From an uncultured Spirochaetota bacterium (GTDB lineage: Bacteria; Spirochaetota; Spirochaetia; SZUA-6; Fen-1364), in NCBI GenBank assembly GCA_963820525.1, contig CAWGAA010000004.1, forward strand, positions 1 to 45,208: 45,208 bases of DNA, written 5' to 3'. Under the pieces are notes generated by a model. It saw only the letters and a list, made by a program, of their open reading frames with translations, was not told where the DNA came from and ran no database searches. Shown in pieces: positions 1 to 8,341 of this stretch (position 1 is the stretch's first letter; every line of letters begins with the position of its first letter). The position numbers were made by a program, and so were the translations under genes.

Positions 1-93
1 TCCTTCCCGTTTAGCGAACATCTTGTTCGGGACTTCGAAAAACAAGTTTATCACCTCTTTCATCGGTTTTCAACTTTTCTCCTAAGTTTGCGC

Positions 94-1827
94 TCACTTC
101 ACCACGACCGACATATTAACACGTATTGGTAGATCGATAGTCCAATCCTTTTTCCCGGTGGCGCCAATGGCCGCTGAATAGAGTGTCCCAGAGGCCGCCC
201 GTGGCGTTGTAGAACCCACGGAACCGTTACCGGAATCCATGAGAGGCCCTGTGCCGGACCCGCCATACTGCTGATAATTGAAGAAATTAATCGATCCAAG
301 ATTGTAAGATGTGCCTCCACCAGTGGATGTAAAAAAGTTACCGGTATTGTAACGGTAGCCAGCCGGCGCATCCGTTCGGTCCGAAAGGAGCACCGCCGCG
401 CTCCAGCACTGGAAGATCTGGGAAAGTGTCTCGGTCCTGCCCGTAAACGCGGAGACCGCATCGACGATCTGCCCCCCATCCGTCTTGGGAGACTGCACCA
501 TTGCCTTCAAGAGGGCGGCACCACCGTAGTTTCGAAGCAGATAAGCCCCGAAGGAGTAAGTTGCTGAATAGCTCTTAAGAGCATCAATATCCGATGTGCC
601 CCAATCGCTGAGCGATACAGCGGGATAGGCATTGAAAAGGGGGATCCGTCCCTCTGGATTGTTGGCAGGGCCGGCTGTTTCAACCAGGCCATTAACGCCC
701 CGCGGCCCCATGACCGCCAACTTGTCGGCGACCAGGTCCTCCATACCTTGAGAGCACATCTCATCGATCCAGGTATCGGATCCCTTCCCGGCGCCGCTCA
801 CAAACACTTTTTGATGAAAGCTGACAACGTGCTGGAACTCATGGGCCAGGCTGGAAAAAATCTCTTGGGGCCAATAGCCTGTCGGTGACCATGTACCAGC
901 CGCGGAGCTGTCATTTGCATAAAGAACGGCATCGATATAGAACATGATCCTCTCGTTCGAATGAACGTGGTAGGTCGGCGATAGGGGATTCTCGCTGTAG
1001 ACGTAAGCGTCCTTGAAGTTATCCTTTCCCCAAAAGTACCCGACAATCCCCCCGATGTCTGAATTATCACCACCGATATCACAAAGAAGTATCGTAATCT
1101 CATTGTTGAATGGAATTACATTGTTGTAAGTATATGAAGCCCATTCTGCGCCCTCTATTGAAGTGACCCAGTCAAACACATCGTTTGAGCCTAGCGATTT
1201 CAGAAATCTATCTGCCATTTCATTGACCATTTGCTGTGTGATGGCGTGGGCTTTCGTCGGAGCTGGAGTCCAGCAGTCATCAGCCACCCAGATGTTGAGG
1301 GTCCTATTCCCAAGAGCAGTTGGAATGGGGCCCACTACTCTCCTGCACGTAACAGCTGTCATGGCGCCTAGATCATCCAAAAATCCTGTATTTCCTTCTG
1401 CATCGAATGATGGCTTGCCGGGAGTTGCTTTAAGAGATTCTTGCAGAGAGAGCGGCAAGATATTCTCGGCCTTGAAAGGATCCCGATTGAAATCAGTGAC
1501 GCGGGCCGGCGTCGGCGCAATACGCGAGGTCACCATGCTTTTCAAAGGAGCGGGCGGTAGAGAAGGTCCCGTGAGGCTCTTCGCGTTTCCGGAACCAGTC
1601 ACCGTTGGCTTCGCAGGAGCCGAGCGTTCGGTATCCGGATTGGTGAACACGAAGTACACGGACTTCGTGTTCGAGCCCAGGTCCATCGAGTAAGGAAACT
1701 CACCCTGGCTGGGCACGTGCTGGACGTAGAGCGTCGGAGGCTCAACTCCCGGCAGAGGGCCGCTGAAGGGGGCGCATGCCCCAAAGACAATCAGCAGAAT
1801 CGAGGCGAGAAAAACGAGCTTTTTCAT
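94..1827 (-). CDS. Peptidase M30 (hyicolysin-like) family zinc metalloprotease, lipoprotein
   Basis: 577 aa; lipoprotein signal MKKLVFLASILLIVFGAC; zincin motif LAHEFQH followed by WIDE; GYF and SYSATYSFGAYL segments typical of M30-like proteins. Confidence 0.8.
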   Translation of the reverse strand: MKKLVFLASILLIVFGACAPFSGPLPGVEPPTLYVQHVPSQGEFPYSMDLGSNTKSVYFVFTNPDTERSAPAKPTVTGSGNAKSLTGPSLPPAPLKSMVTSRIAPTPARVTDFNRDPFKAENILPLSLQESLKATPGKPSFDAEGNTGFLDDLGAMTAVTCRRVVGPIPTALGNRTLNIWVADDCWTPAPTKAHAITQQMVNEMADRFLKSLGSNDVFDWVTSIEGAEWASYTYNNVIPFNNEITILLCDIGGDNSDIGGIVGYFWGKDNFKDAYVYSENPLSPTYHVHSNERIMFYIDAVLYANDSSAAGTWSPTGYWPQEIFSSLAHEFQHVVSFHQKVFVSGAGKGSDTWIDEMCSQGMEDLVADKLAVMGPRGVNGLVETAGPANNPEGRIPLFNAYPAVSLSDWGTSDIDALKSYSATYSFGAYLLRNYGGAALLKAMVQSPKTDGGQIVDAVSAFTGRTETLSQIFQCWSAAVLLSDRTDAPAGYRYNTGNFFTSTGGGTSYNLGSINFFNYQQYGGSGTGPLMDSGNGSVGSTTPRAASGTLYSAAIGATGKKDWTIDLPIRVNMSVVVK

Positions 1828-1848
1828 CAGTATTCCCCCCAGCCTCCG

Positions 1849-2508
1849 TCAGAACGTGAACATGTATCCCGCTGAAAGCTCGACCGCGAAAGGAACGAGC
1901 GCGTTGTCTCCGATAGCTGCGGTATCCACCAGAGACAGGAGCCTGTGCGTATATCTCAGGTCAGCCACAACGGCACCCGGGCCGAGCTTGAACTGATAAC
2001 CGACACCCGCGGCGACCCCGCCGTAGATGGCGGGCAGGAGACCGCTTTCGGTCCGCACGAGGCCGTTGTTCTCGATGAGGAGGGGATCGCCTATGGGGTA
2101 GGCCGCAAATATCCCCGCCGCGAAAGAGAATGTCCCGATGGGAGTCTGCAGCAAGTACACGGCAAGAATTGGCACGGAGAGCTCGTTGACCGTGACGCCC
2201 AGCAGCAGGTCATAGCCATTGGAGGCAAGCATGGCCCCTCCGATAGGCCCGAAGCCGACCTCGGCCTGAACGGCGAAGAAATCCCAAATGCCGAGCCTGA
2301 AAAAAACGTCGGCCCGATAGGAAATGTAGGGTTGCGGAGCCACGGTCCCGGCGCCCATGCCCGTGAGAGAGGCTGAGAGGGCATCGGCATAGCTTCCGAA
2401 CAGGAAGCTCCCCGAGGTCCCCCCGCGAACCCCGACGGAATAGCTCAAGGCGGATGCCCCGGCGCTCGAAACGGCCAGCAGGCAGACGATGGCAAGCCAC
2501 TTTCTCAC
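1849..2508 (-). CDS. Outer membrane beta-barrel protein (PorT/OmpA-barrel-like)
   Basis: Start moved to GTG at 2508 behind GGAGGAGG; signal peptide; amphipathic beta strands (VQAEVGF, LSVPILA, DLRYT); C-terminal LSAGYMFTF barrel signature. Confidence 0.75.
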   Translation of the reverse strand: MRKWLAIVCLLAVSSAGASALSYSVGVRGGTSGSFLFGSYADALSASLTGMGAGTVAPQPYISYRADVFFRLGIWDFFAVQAEVGFGPIGGAMLASNGYDLLLGVTVNELSVPILAVYLLQTPIGTFSFAAGIFAAYPIGDPLLIENNGLVRTESGLLPAIYGGVAAGVGYQFKLGPGAVVADLRYTHRLLSLVDTAAIGDNALVPFAVELSAGYMFTF

Positions 2509-2670
2509 TACTCTTCCTCCTCCTCGCGTATTATACACCACGGAAGGAAAAAACCAAGCCCGTGCGTTCGGTCGCCGTGATTCCTGACCGCGCAAATGGC
2601 AGCCGTTCGGCCGGATTGCCACTCATCACGTCCGGCGGTTGGTGATACACTGCAAAGTGGAGGCACAGGG

Positions 2671-3150
2671 ATGCTCGACACGGATCTGGAAGGATTGGGT
2701 CCGAAAGAGGCGACTGATTATGTGCTCGCCTTCATAACCACTTTGAAGTCCACGGAAAAGAGCCTGGCGAGGGCGACGGAAGAGACTGCACTGTGGAAGC
2801 GGCGGGTGGAGCTGGCCCAGGCAAAGGGCGATGCCGATCTTGCCTCCCAGGCTCAGGGACGCCTTGCCGAATGTCAGGCCAAACAGGCCGGGCTGGAAAC
2901 GGAAATCACGGATCTCAAGGGCAAGGTCTCCGTGCTGAAGGAGAAGCTCGCGCGCGTGCGCTCCCAGGTGCCTCGAAGCGTGAACGTCGATCTGCTCCTG
3001 GCTCAGCTTCAGATGCTCGTTGGAGAGAAGGACAGCCTCTCCCTCTCGCTGAAAGAGGAAGAGGCGAAAGCAAACCTTGAGGAGCTTAAGAAAAAGATGG
3101 GCGGGAGCGGCTCGACTCAAGGTGGAGGTGCGCCCCAAGAGCGCGGCTGA
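2671..3150 (+). CDS. Short PspA/IM30-like coiled-coil protein
   Basis: ATG 2671 after GGAGG; WKRRVELAQAKGDADLASQA resembles the PspA helical-hairpin motif; C-terminal LEELKKKM. Confidence 0.6.
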   Translation: MLDTDLEGLGPKEATDYVLAFITTLKSTEKSLARATEETALWKRRVELAQAKGDADLASQAQGRLAECQAKQAGLETEITDLKGKVSVLKEKLARVRSQVPRSVNVDLLLAQLQMLVGEKDSLSLSLKEEEAKANLEELKKKMGGSGSTQGGGAPQERG

Positions 3151-3196
3151 GCCCAAGGCGGCACGCCCCAGGGCTGAAGCGCGCTCCCCGCTCCCG

Positions 3197-3219
3197 CAAG
3201 GGGCGGCGCCCGCCCCTTG
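3197..3219. terminator. GC-rich hairpin between convergent genes
   Basis: CAAGGGGCGG...CCGCCCCTTG inverted repeat between stops at 3150 (+) and 3265 (-); no strong U-tract. Confidence 0.4.
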
Positions 3220-3264
3220 GGGTTCGATCGACGCCTCTCGCGTCCCCCGAGCCCCCACGCGCGG

Positions 3265-4725
3265 TCAGCGCAGCTTGTTTGCGATGTCCTGCCCGATGTC
3301 CCGGCCCAGCTGCTGGAGTGCCGCTTTCAGCGCCGCAGCCTCGGTCTTTCCCAGCGCCGACTTGTTCTTCGTCACGGTGAGGAGGATGGCACCGGTCTTG
3401 AGGTCAGCAACCTTCACGGTCCCGCTCACCTTCACGAACACCTGCCCCGCATCCGACTCCGAGCCGGCAGACTGGGCTGAGCCGAAGATCGCCCGCGCCA
3501 TCTTCGCCCCGGCCGCCTGGGAGACCGCGGCAACCGCATCGGAGTCCGCCTTGTCGGCGAGGCCGGCGGCGTCCAGCGCGAGGAGCTTCACGCTGAAGCG
3601 CGCATCGGAGAGCGCCTTCATGATCCCGGAGGCGAAATCCGATCCGGGGATGGGAGAGCCGGAATCGTCGAGGGCGGCGACCGCAATGCCCGTCTCCAAC
3701 GTCCGCGCCGCGGAGAAGGTGGAAAGAGTGAACACCGCCTTCTTGGCCACGACGATGTCCTCCAGGGCGCCAACCATCCCGGCGTACTCCTTGGGCAGGC
3801 TGTCCAGGGTGTCGAGATAGGCGCCGAAATCGATGGACATCGTGAGCTTCTCCGGCCCCACGAACTGCGGCACCGGATAGGTGAATGCGGCGACGCCCGC
3901 CGCATCGGTCTTGATTGAGGCGGTCTTCACCTGCTTCCTGTCGTTCCTGATCTCCGTATAGGTCGCCTTGAGGGCCACCTCGGGAATCCCGGGGTCCTTT
4001 GCCGTGGAGCCGGCCACCACTTTCAGAGTGAAGGGGTCCGCGAAAGGAGTCCCTACCGCGGTGGTCATGTTGTCGTTCATCTTGACCAGGCCCACCTTGT
4101 CCAGGGCGTCCTTGGCCCCGTTGATATTCCGCTCGAACTTGATCTTCGCATTATCGAGCCCCGACGTCGCCGCGGCAGCCGCCGCCTGGATGTGCTTGAT
4201 GGCGGCGCCGTAGTAATTTCCGGAGCTTTCGAGCTCGCCGGCCTCCGCCTCGGGGCCGGAAACCGCCTGCTGCTGTTCGATGAAGAGGTCTTCGATGCGC
4301 TTCTTCTCCTTGGCCAGGTCCGTCTTGTTGTAGCGCGCAAGGAGGTACACGGTGGTCCCGCTCTTGGACGTCTCCACGTACTTGTCGGAGATCTGCAGCC
4401 CGGAGATCCTCCCGGATCCCGTCTGCGTTATGGCCTGCATGACGTCCGTCTTGAAGCTGTTGACCGAGGCCACCGCCACCGCCTCAGTCTCCGCCGTGAC
4501 CTTCACGCCGATGTAGCGCATGATCTCATCCATCACCACTCCGCGGGCGGTCTGCTCCGCCACGGCCCGGTCGTTCTCCTTGCTGGTCCCCGCGCCGGTA
4601 AAGTAGAAGTAGTTCGCGTCCGGCTGCGGCGGAACGGAAATCCAGTCCGGGGCCGGTTTTGCCGTGAGCCCTCCCGCGCATCCGAACAGGAAGAGCGCCA
4701 GCAGGGCGGTAGTCACCCCTTTCAT
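3265..4725 (-). CDS. LPP20-domain multidomain lipoprotein
   Basis: ATG 4725 (or GTG 4728) after GAGGAGG; lipobox LFGC; PDWI..P...YFYFTGAG LPP20-like N-domain; helical and Ig-like middle; C-terminal alpha/beta domain (VKVADLKTGAIL). Confidence 0.7.
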   Translation of the reverse strand: MKGVTTALLALFLFGCAGGLTAKPAPDWISVPPQPDANYFYFTGAGTSKENDRAVAEQTARGVVMDEIMRYIGVKVTAETEAVAVASVNSFKTDVMQAITQTGSGRISGLQISDKYVETSKSGTTVYLLARYNKTDLAKEKKRIEDLFIEQQQAVSGPEAEAGELESSGNYYGAAIKHIQAAAAAATSGLDNAKIKFERNINGAKDALDKVGLVKMNDNMTTAVGTPFADPFTLKVVAGSTAKDPGIPEVALKATYTEIRNDRKQVKTASIKTDAAGVAAFTYPVPQFVGPEKLTMSIDFGAYLDTLDSLPKEYAGMVGALEDIVVAKKAVFTLSTFSAARTLETGIAVAALDDSGSPIPGSDFASGIMKALSDARFSVKLLALDAAGLADKADSDAVAAVSQAAGAKMARAIFGSAQSAGSESDAGQVFVKVSGTVKVADLKTGAILLTVTKNKSALGKTEAAALKAALQQLGRDIGQDIANKLR

Positions 4726-4749
4726 CACCAACCTCCTCACGGTGTGGGA

Positions 4750-4785
4750 AAAATGGAAAGGGCCGGCCCCGGGCCGGGGCCGGCC
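4750..4785 (-). terminator. Intra-operon intrinsic terminator-like hairpin
   Basis: GGCCGGCCCCGG-N-CCGGGGCCGGCC at 4761-4785, followed on the minus strand by CTTTCCATTTTT. Confidence 0.55.
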
Positions 4786-4875
4786 TCCGAGTTCCCTGTC
4801 TCGAGGCGCCTGCGGCGCCCCTCTTCACTTAGTCATACGACGGACTCACCGCGCGAAGGCCGCGGCTTCCCGACG

Positions 4876-5523
4876 TCAATCGAGGCCTTGCTGCATGACC
4901 GCCTTTACACGGTCGCGAGCGGTCTGCTCGTCTTCGCTCTTGGGCTTCGCCTTTCCGTCGGCGTCGGCCAGGGCGCGCTTGATGGCCTGATCGATCTGGT
5001 CCTTGGGCACGGCGAACAAGAGGTAGTACTCGTACACCTGGTTGAGGCTTCCGTCCACCGCCGCCTTCTGGATCTGCCACCAGTAATCCGCGGCCTTGCG
5101 CGCGCCGGAATACTGCGCGTCGGAAACGCTCTTCACAACTTCCTCCAGGTAGGTCTCCAGCTTGTCCTTGTCGCCTGCCGCGGCGCCCACGAACTTGTCC
5201 TGGACCCGGGTGGACACCATGCGGGCGATCTCGGATGAGGCGGCGAATCCGCGCACCCACACCCGCAGCCCGTCGACGTCCTGGCCCTGCTGGACGAACT
5301 TGAAGACGTACACGTCCTTGTACTCTCCCTTGCCCTCCATCTCATTGGGCTCGAGGAATATCCAATCCGGGGTGGGGCGGGAGCCATGATACTGATCGTC
5401 GATGACCTGTACCTTGTTCTCCTTGGACATCTCGGGCTTCTCCACCTTCGGGCCTGAGGCGCAGGACACCACGAACAGCGCCGCCGCTACAAGCGCGAGC
5501 GATACGAAGAGGATCCTTCTCAT
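4876..5523 (-). CDS. Lipoprotein, LPP20/LipL21-like
   Basis: ATG 5523 after AAGGAG; lipobox VVSC-AS; PDWI motif and YEYYLLFAVPK strand typical of LPP20-type folds. Confidence 0.65.
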   Translation of the reverse strand: MRRILFVSLALVAAALFVVSCASGPKVEKPEMSKENKVQVIDDQYHGSRPTPDWIFLEPNEMEGKGEYKDVYVFKFVQQGQDVDGLRVWVRGFAASSEIARMVSTRVQDKFVGAAAGDKDKLETYLEEVVKSVSDAQYSGARKAADYWWQIQKAAVDGSLNQVYEYYLLFAVPKDQIDQAIKRALADADGKAKPKSEDEQTARDRVKAVMQQGLD

Positions 5524-5574
5524 TTCCAACTCCTTCTCCAAACGGTTTCGTTCCCTGTGAGGCAACGCCCCTTT

Positions 5575-6891
5575 TTACATCCCGGAATTGAAGGTGACGC
5601 TTTTTCCCCGGAGGACGACCTGCTTCATGCCTTCGAGCCCGGGAATCTTCTCAGATACATTGTACACCATGTCCACCAGATCGTCGATGCTTCCGATGAG
5701 ATACACGTCGAAGCGCGTTTCGTCGTCGGACTGGCTCACCACCCGCACGTCCTTGACCTTCGCCTTGAGCTTCTGGCGGAAGCTGCTGATGAGCCGGGAG
5801 TCCGGCGTCTTCTGGATGACGAGCTGATACTTGATCCCGTTGGCCAGCGCCTTGGCCATGTATGCCTTGGCCTGGTTGATGGCCACGGGCATCGCCTTGT
5901 ACACCGAGGTCTGCAGGGCATTGATCACCGCGGCCTGCTGGCTCGCCGTGCTCAGCGTCTTGGGGCTGTTCCACGGCACCGAGCCGAGGAGCCTGCCCGT
6001 GGACGACTCGTAGACCTTCAGGGTCGTGCTCGCCTGGCCGTAATACTTGGTGCCGGAAGCCTCGCCCGACACAACGCCGTCGATCTCGATGTAGACGTCG
6101 GCGTTGAGCTTCTGGGCGATCCACTGGGTGATGCTGATCGACTCTCCCGTCTCCGACTCGTAGAGCTTCTGCTGGTCGGATTTGAGCTTTTCGATCTGCT
6201 CGAGGTCGATCGCCTCCATGGCGTTGGTGGCAAGGTACTCGTTCGCGATCCCGATGGAAGACTTGGAATAGAAGGGATCCAGCTTCGCCGCCTCCGCCAC
6301 GTAGACCATGTAGGTCATGTGCTCCACGTAGTCGCGGATGATCTTTTTCTCGTCCGCCGTGGCCGCGGGCGGCTGCTGATCGGCCAGCTCGTCGACGGCC
6401 TGGGCTCCCACCGCGGTCTGATCCTCGGATTCTCCCGCCGCGGTCTGGGCCTTCGATTCGGCGGTGGTCGCCTCCCCCCCAAAGAGCCCGTTGGCCTTCA
6501 GGGTGGCCGTCACGGCATCGAGGCGCACCAAAACGGTGCATTCCACGATGTAGTCCTCTCCCACCTTGTCCTTTCGGGTCGTGGAGAAGCTTTCATTGAC
6601 CACGAACGCGTTGGGGTTCTTCGCTCCGTAGACCACCTTGGAAAGCGTGTCACGGCCGGCCTGTTCCCTGGCAACGCCGATCATGTCTATGATCGCCTTT
6701 CGGACCGCGTCCATCTTCGCCTTGTTCATCGCCGTCAGCAGCGACGCGTCCTGGCCGGCTCCCGCGTATTCCTTCTGCGTCTCGGCGGCGGGGGCCGCTG
6801 GCGCGCTCTGCCGCGCGGGACCAGAGCTCATGCAGGAGACCGCCAGCAGGACGGCCGCCGCGGCTGCAACTATCAAGAGGAACCTTCGCAT
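5575..6891 (-). CDS. Lipoprotein with FlgT-N/LPP20-like and TolB-N/CsgG-like domains
   Basis: 438 aa; lipobox AVSC; AMNKAKMDAVRKAI helix; IAQKLNADVYI...LKVYESSTGRLLG pattern typical of CsgG/TolB-N/LpoB-like folds. Confidence 0.6.
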   Translation of the reverse strand: MRRFLLIVAAAAAVLLAVSCMSSGPARQSAPAAPAAETQKEYAGAGQDASLLTAMNKAKMDAVRKAIIDMIGVAREQAGRDTLSKVVYGAKNPNAFVVNESFSTTRKDKVGEDYIVECTVLVRLDAVTATLKANGLFGGEATTAESKAQTAAGESEDQTAVGAQAVDELADQQPPAATADEKKIIRDYVEHMTYMVYVAEAAKLDPFYSKSSIGIANEYLATNAMEAIDLEQIEKLKSDQQKLYESETGESISITQWIAQKLNADVYIEIDGVVSGEASGTKYYGQASTTLKVYESSTGRLLGSVPWNSPKTLSTASQQAAVINALQTSVYKAMPVAINQAKAYMAKALANGIKYQLVIQKTPDSRLISSFRQKLKAKVKDVRVVSQSDDETRFDVYLIGSIDDLVDMVYNVSEKIPGLEGMKQVVLRGKSVTFNSGM

Positions 6892-6904
6892 GACATCCTC
6901 CTCG

Positions 6905-8224
6905 CTAGAACTTTATCGAGAACCCGCCGCCGGCATAAACGCCGCTGTACGTCGGGGCGTAGAGAGCATCGTCGGCGCTCATCCACATCAGATAGCCGCC
7001 CTCCAGGGTGAGCTTCGCGTCCCGGCTGAAGAGGTATTGGATGCCGAGCCCCGCGTTCCCCCCGAAATGGGTATAGCGCACTTCGGCCCCCTCGGAAAGG
7101 GGAATATCGAACCCGACGCCCACGGCCGCGCGAGGGGAGAGAACGAACCGTCCCAGATAGACCGTGTACTCACCGCCGATCGAGGCGTTGAGCGGGAAGC
7201 TGTATCCCGCGTCCCAGCTCCACAGGTGGATGGGGGTCTCCAGCTCGATGAAGGGCCGGAAGGCATAGAAGCCGCGCGTGATGGCCACGTGGAGTCCCGT
7301 CATCATGGGCGCGAGCGACCAGAACGACATGTCCCCTCCATAGACAACCGCGCGGAAATACGGGTTTACCTCGGTGCCGAAGCGGGGAAGCTCCTTCAGC
7401 TGGTCTCCCATCTGCACGCTCCCCTCGGAATACAGCACGGTGGCAAAGGATACCTCCTCGTCCACCCTGCTCACCACGAGCAGACCCTTGTCCTCGGAGA
7501 CCTGCTTCCCCGACGGAAGAACGCGGGAAGCTACCACCAGGTATTCGTCTCCGACGGTCACTCCCATGTTCTTTCCCAGCTCCAGCAGGATTTCTGAGCC
7601 GTGGACCTCCAGAACGCCCGTCTTCAGCTGGAACTCGGGGACCGTCCGGACCTGGAAAGTGAGCATGGGCGGGATGGAATCGATGGCCCCCTGCACGGCA
7701 TCATGCAGCTTCTTGTCGCTTCCCGAGGAGTCCACGGCGAACTGGGCGATGGTCTGCTGGGTCTCGACGTTGACGAACGTGAAGGACGTGCGCATCTTGA
7801 CCGAGTACTTGCCTTCCGAGTCGCTATCCCAGGAATAGCCGACGACGGCAGGGATGACGACGATGAAAGAGGCGATGAGCTTGTTCATGTCGGCCTGGGT
7901 GAAATACTCCTGGCCCATCTGAACCTGGTCCGGGATCTCCGCGTTTTCAGACTTGAACTGCTTGATCTTGTCGATGAAATCGTTCACGTCGGCCTCGCCG
8001 AGCCTGTAGGTCATCCCGATGACGGAGAACCTTCCGAGGTTGACGAATACGCTCCTGATGTTGTCGTCAATGCGGCCGAGGTTTTCGGCGGGAATAGCCC
8101 AGTTGTAGTAGCTCAGGTTGAAAACGGCGATTTCCTTCTTTTTCGATACTTCCTGCGCCCACACCGCCCGGCCGATGGCGAGAAGGCACAGGGAAACGAC
8201 CAGCGCAGCCGTCCTTCTTCTCAT
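6905..8224 (-). CDS. Secreted protein: CsgG/TolB-N-like domain, FlgT-C-like domain and C-terminal outer-membrane beta-barrel
   Basis: ATG 8224 after AGGGGGAG; signal peptide AVWA-Q; IAVF...GRFSVI...FVNVET N-domain; ILLELGKNMGVTVGDEY...GDQL FlgT-C-like motif; amphipathic strands ending GGGFSIKF. Confidence 0.6.
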   Translation of the reverse strand: MRRRTAALVVSLCLLAIGRAVWAQEVSKKKEIAVFNLSYYNWAIPAENLGRIDDNIRSVFVNLGRFSVIGMTYRLGEADVNDFIDKIKQFKSENAEIPDQVQMGQEYFTQADMNKLIASFIVVIPAVVGYSWDSDSEGKYSVKMRTSFTFVNVETQQTIAQFAVDSSGSDKKLHDAVQGAIDSIPPMLTFQVRTVPEFQLKTGVLEVHGSEILLELGKNMGVTVGDEYLVVASRVLPSGKQVSEDKGLLVVSRVDEEVSFATVLYSEGSVQMGDQLKELPRFGTEVNPYFRAVVYGGDMSFWSLAPMMTGLHVAITRGFYAFRPFIELETPIHLWSWDAGYSFPLNASIGGEYTVYLGRFVLSPRAAVGVGFDIPLSEGAEVRYTHFGGNAGLGIQYLFSRDAKLTLEGGYLMWMSADDALYAPTYSGVYAGGGFSIKF

Positions 8225-8254
8225 GTGCGGCTCCCCCTTTTGCACACCGATGTG

Positions 8255-8303
8255 TTGAATTCCAAGCGGTTCAGAGTATACTACGAGTGAGGGGCTATTT
8301 CAA
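8255..8303. promoter_or_regulatory. Putative bidirectional sigma70 promoter sharing a palindromic -10
   Basis: Plus: TTGAAT(8255-60)-16-TATACT(8277-82). Minus: TTGAAA(8303-8298)-17-TATACT(8280-75). Core AGTATACT. Confidence 0.55.
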
Positions 8304-8341
8304 ACCTCGAATCGCCACCCCCAAGCGTTCAGGAGAGTCTT

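Noticed and set aside
72..83. AGGAGAAAAGTT shared with 33464-33475
   Set aside because: Only two copies of a low-complexity, RBS-like 12-mer; chance cannot be excluded.
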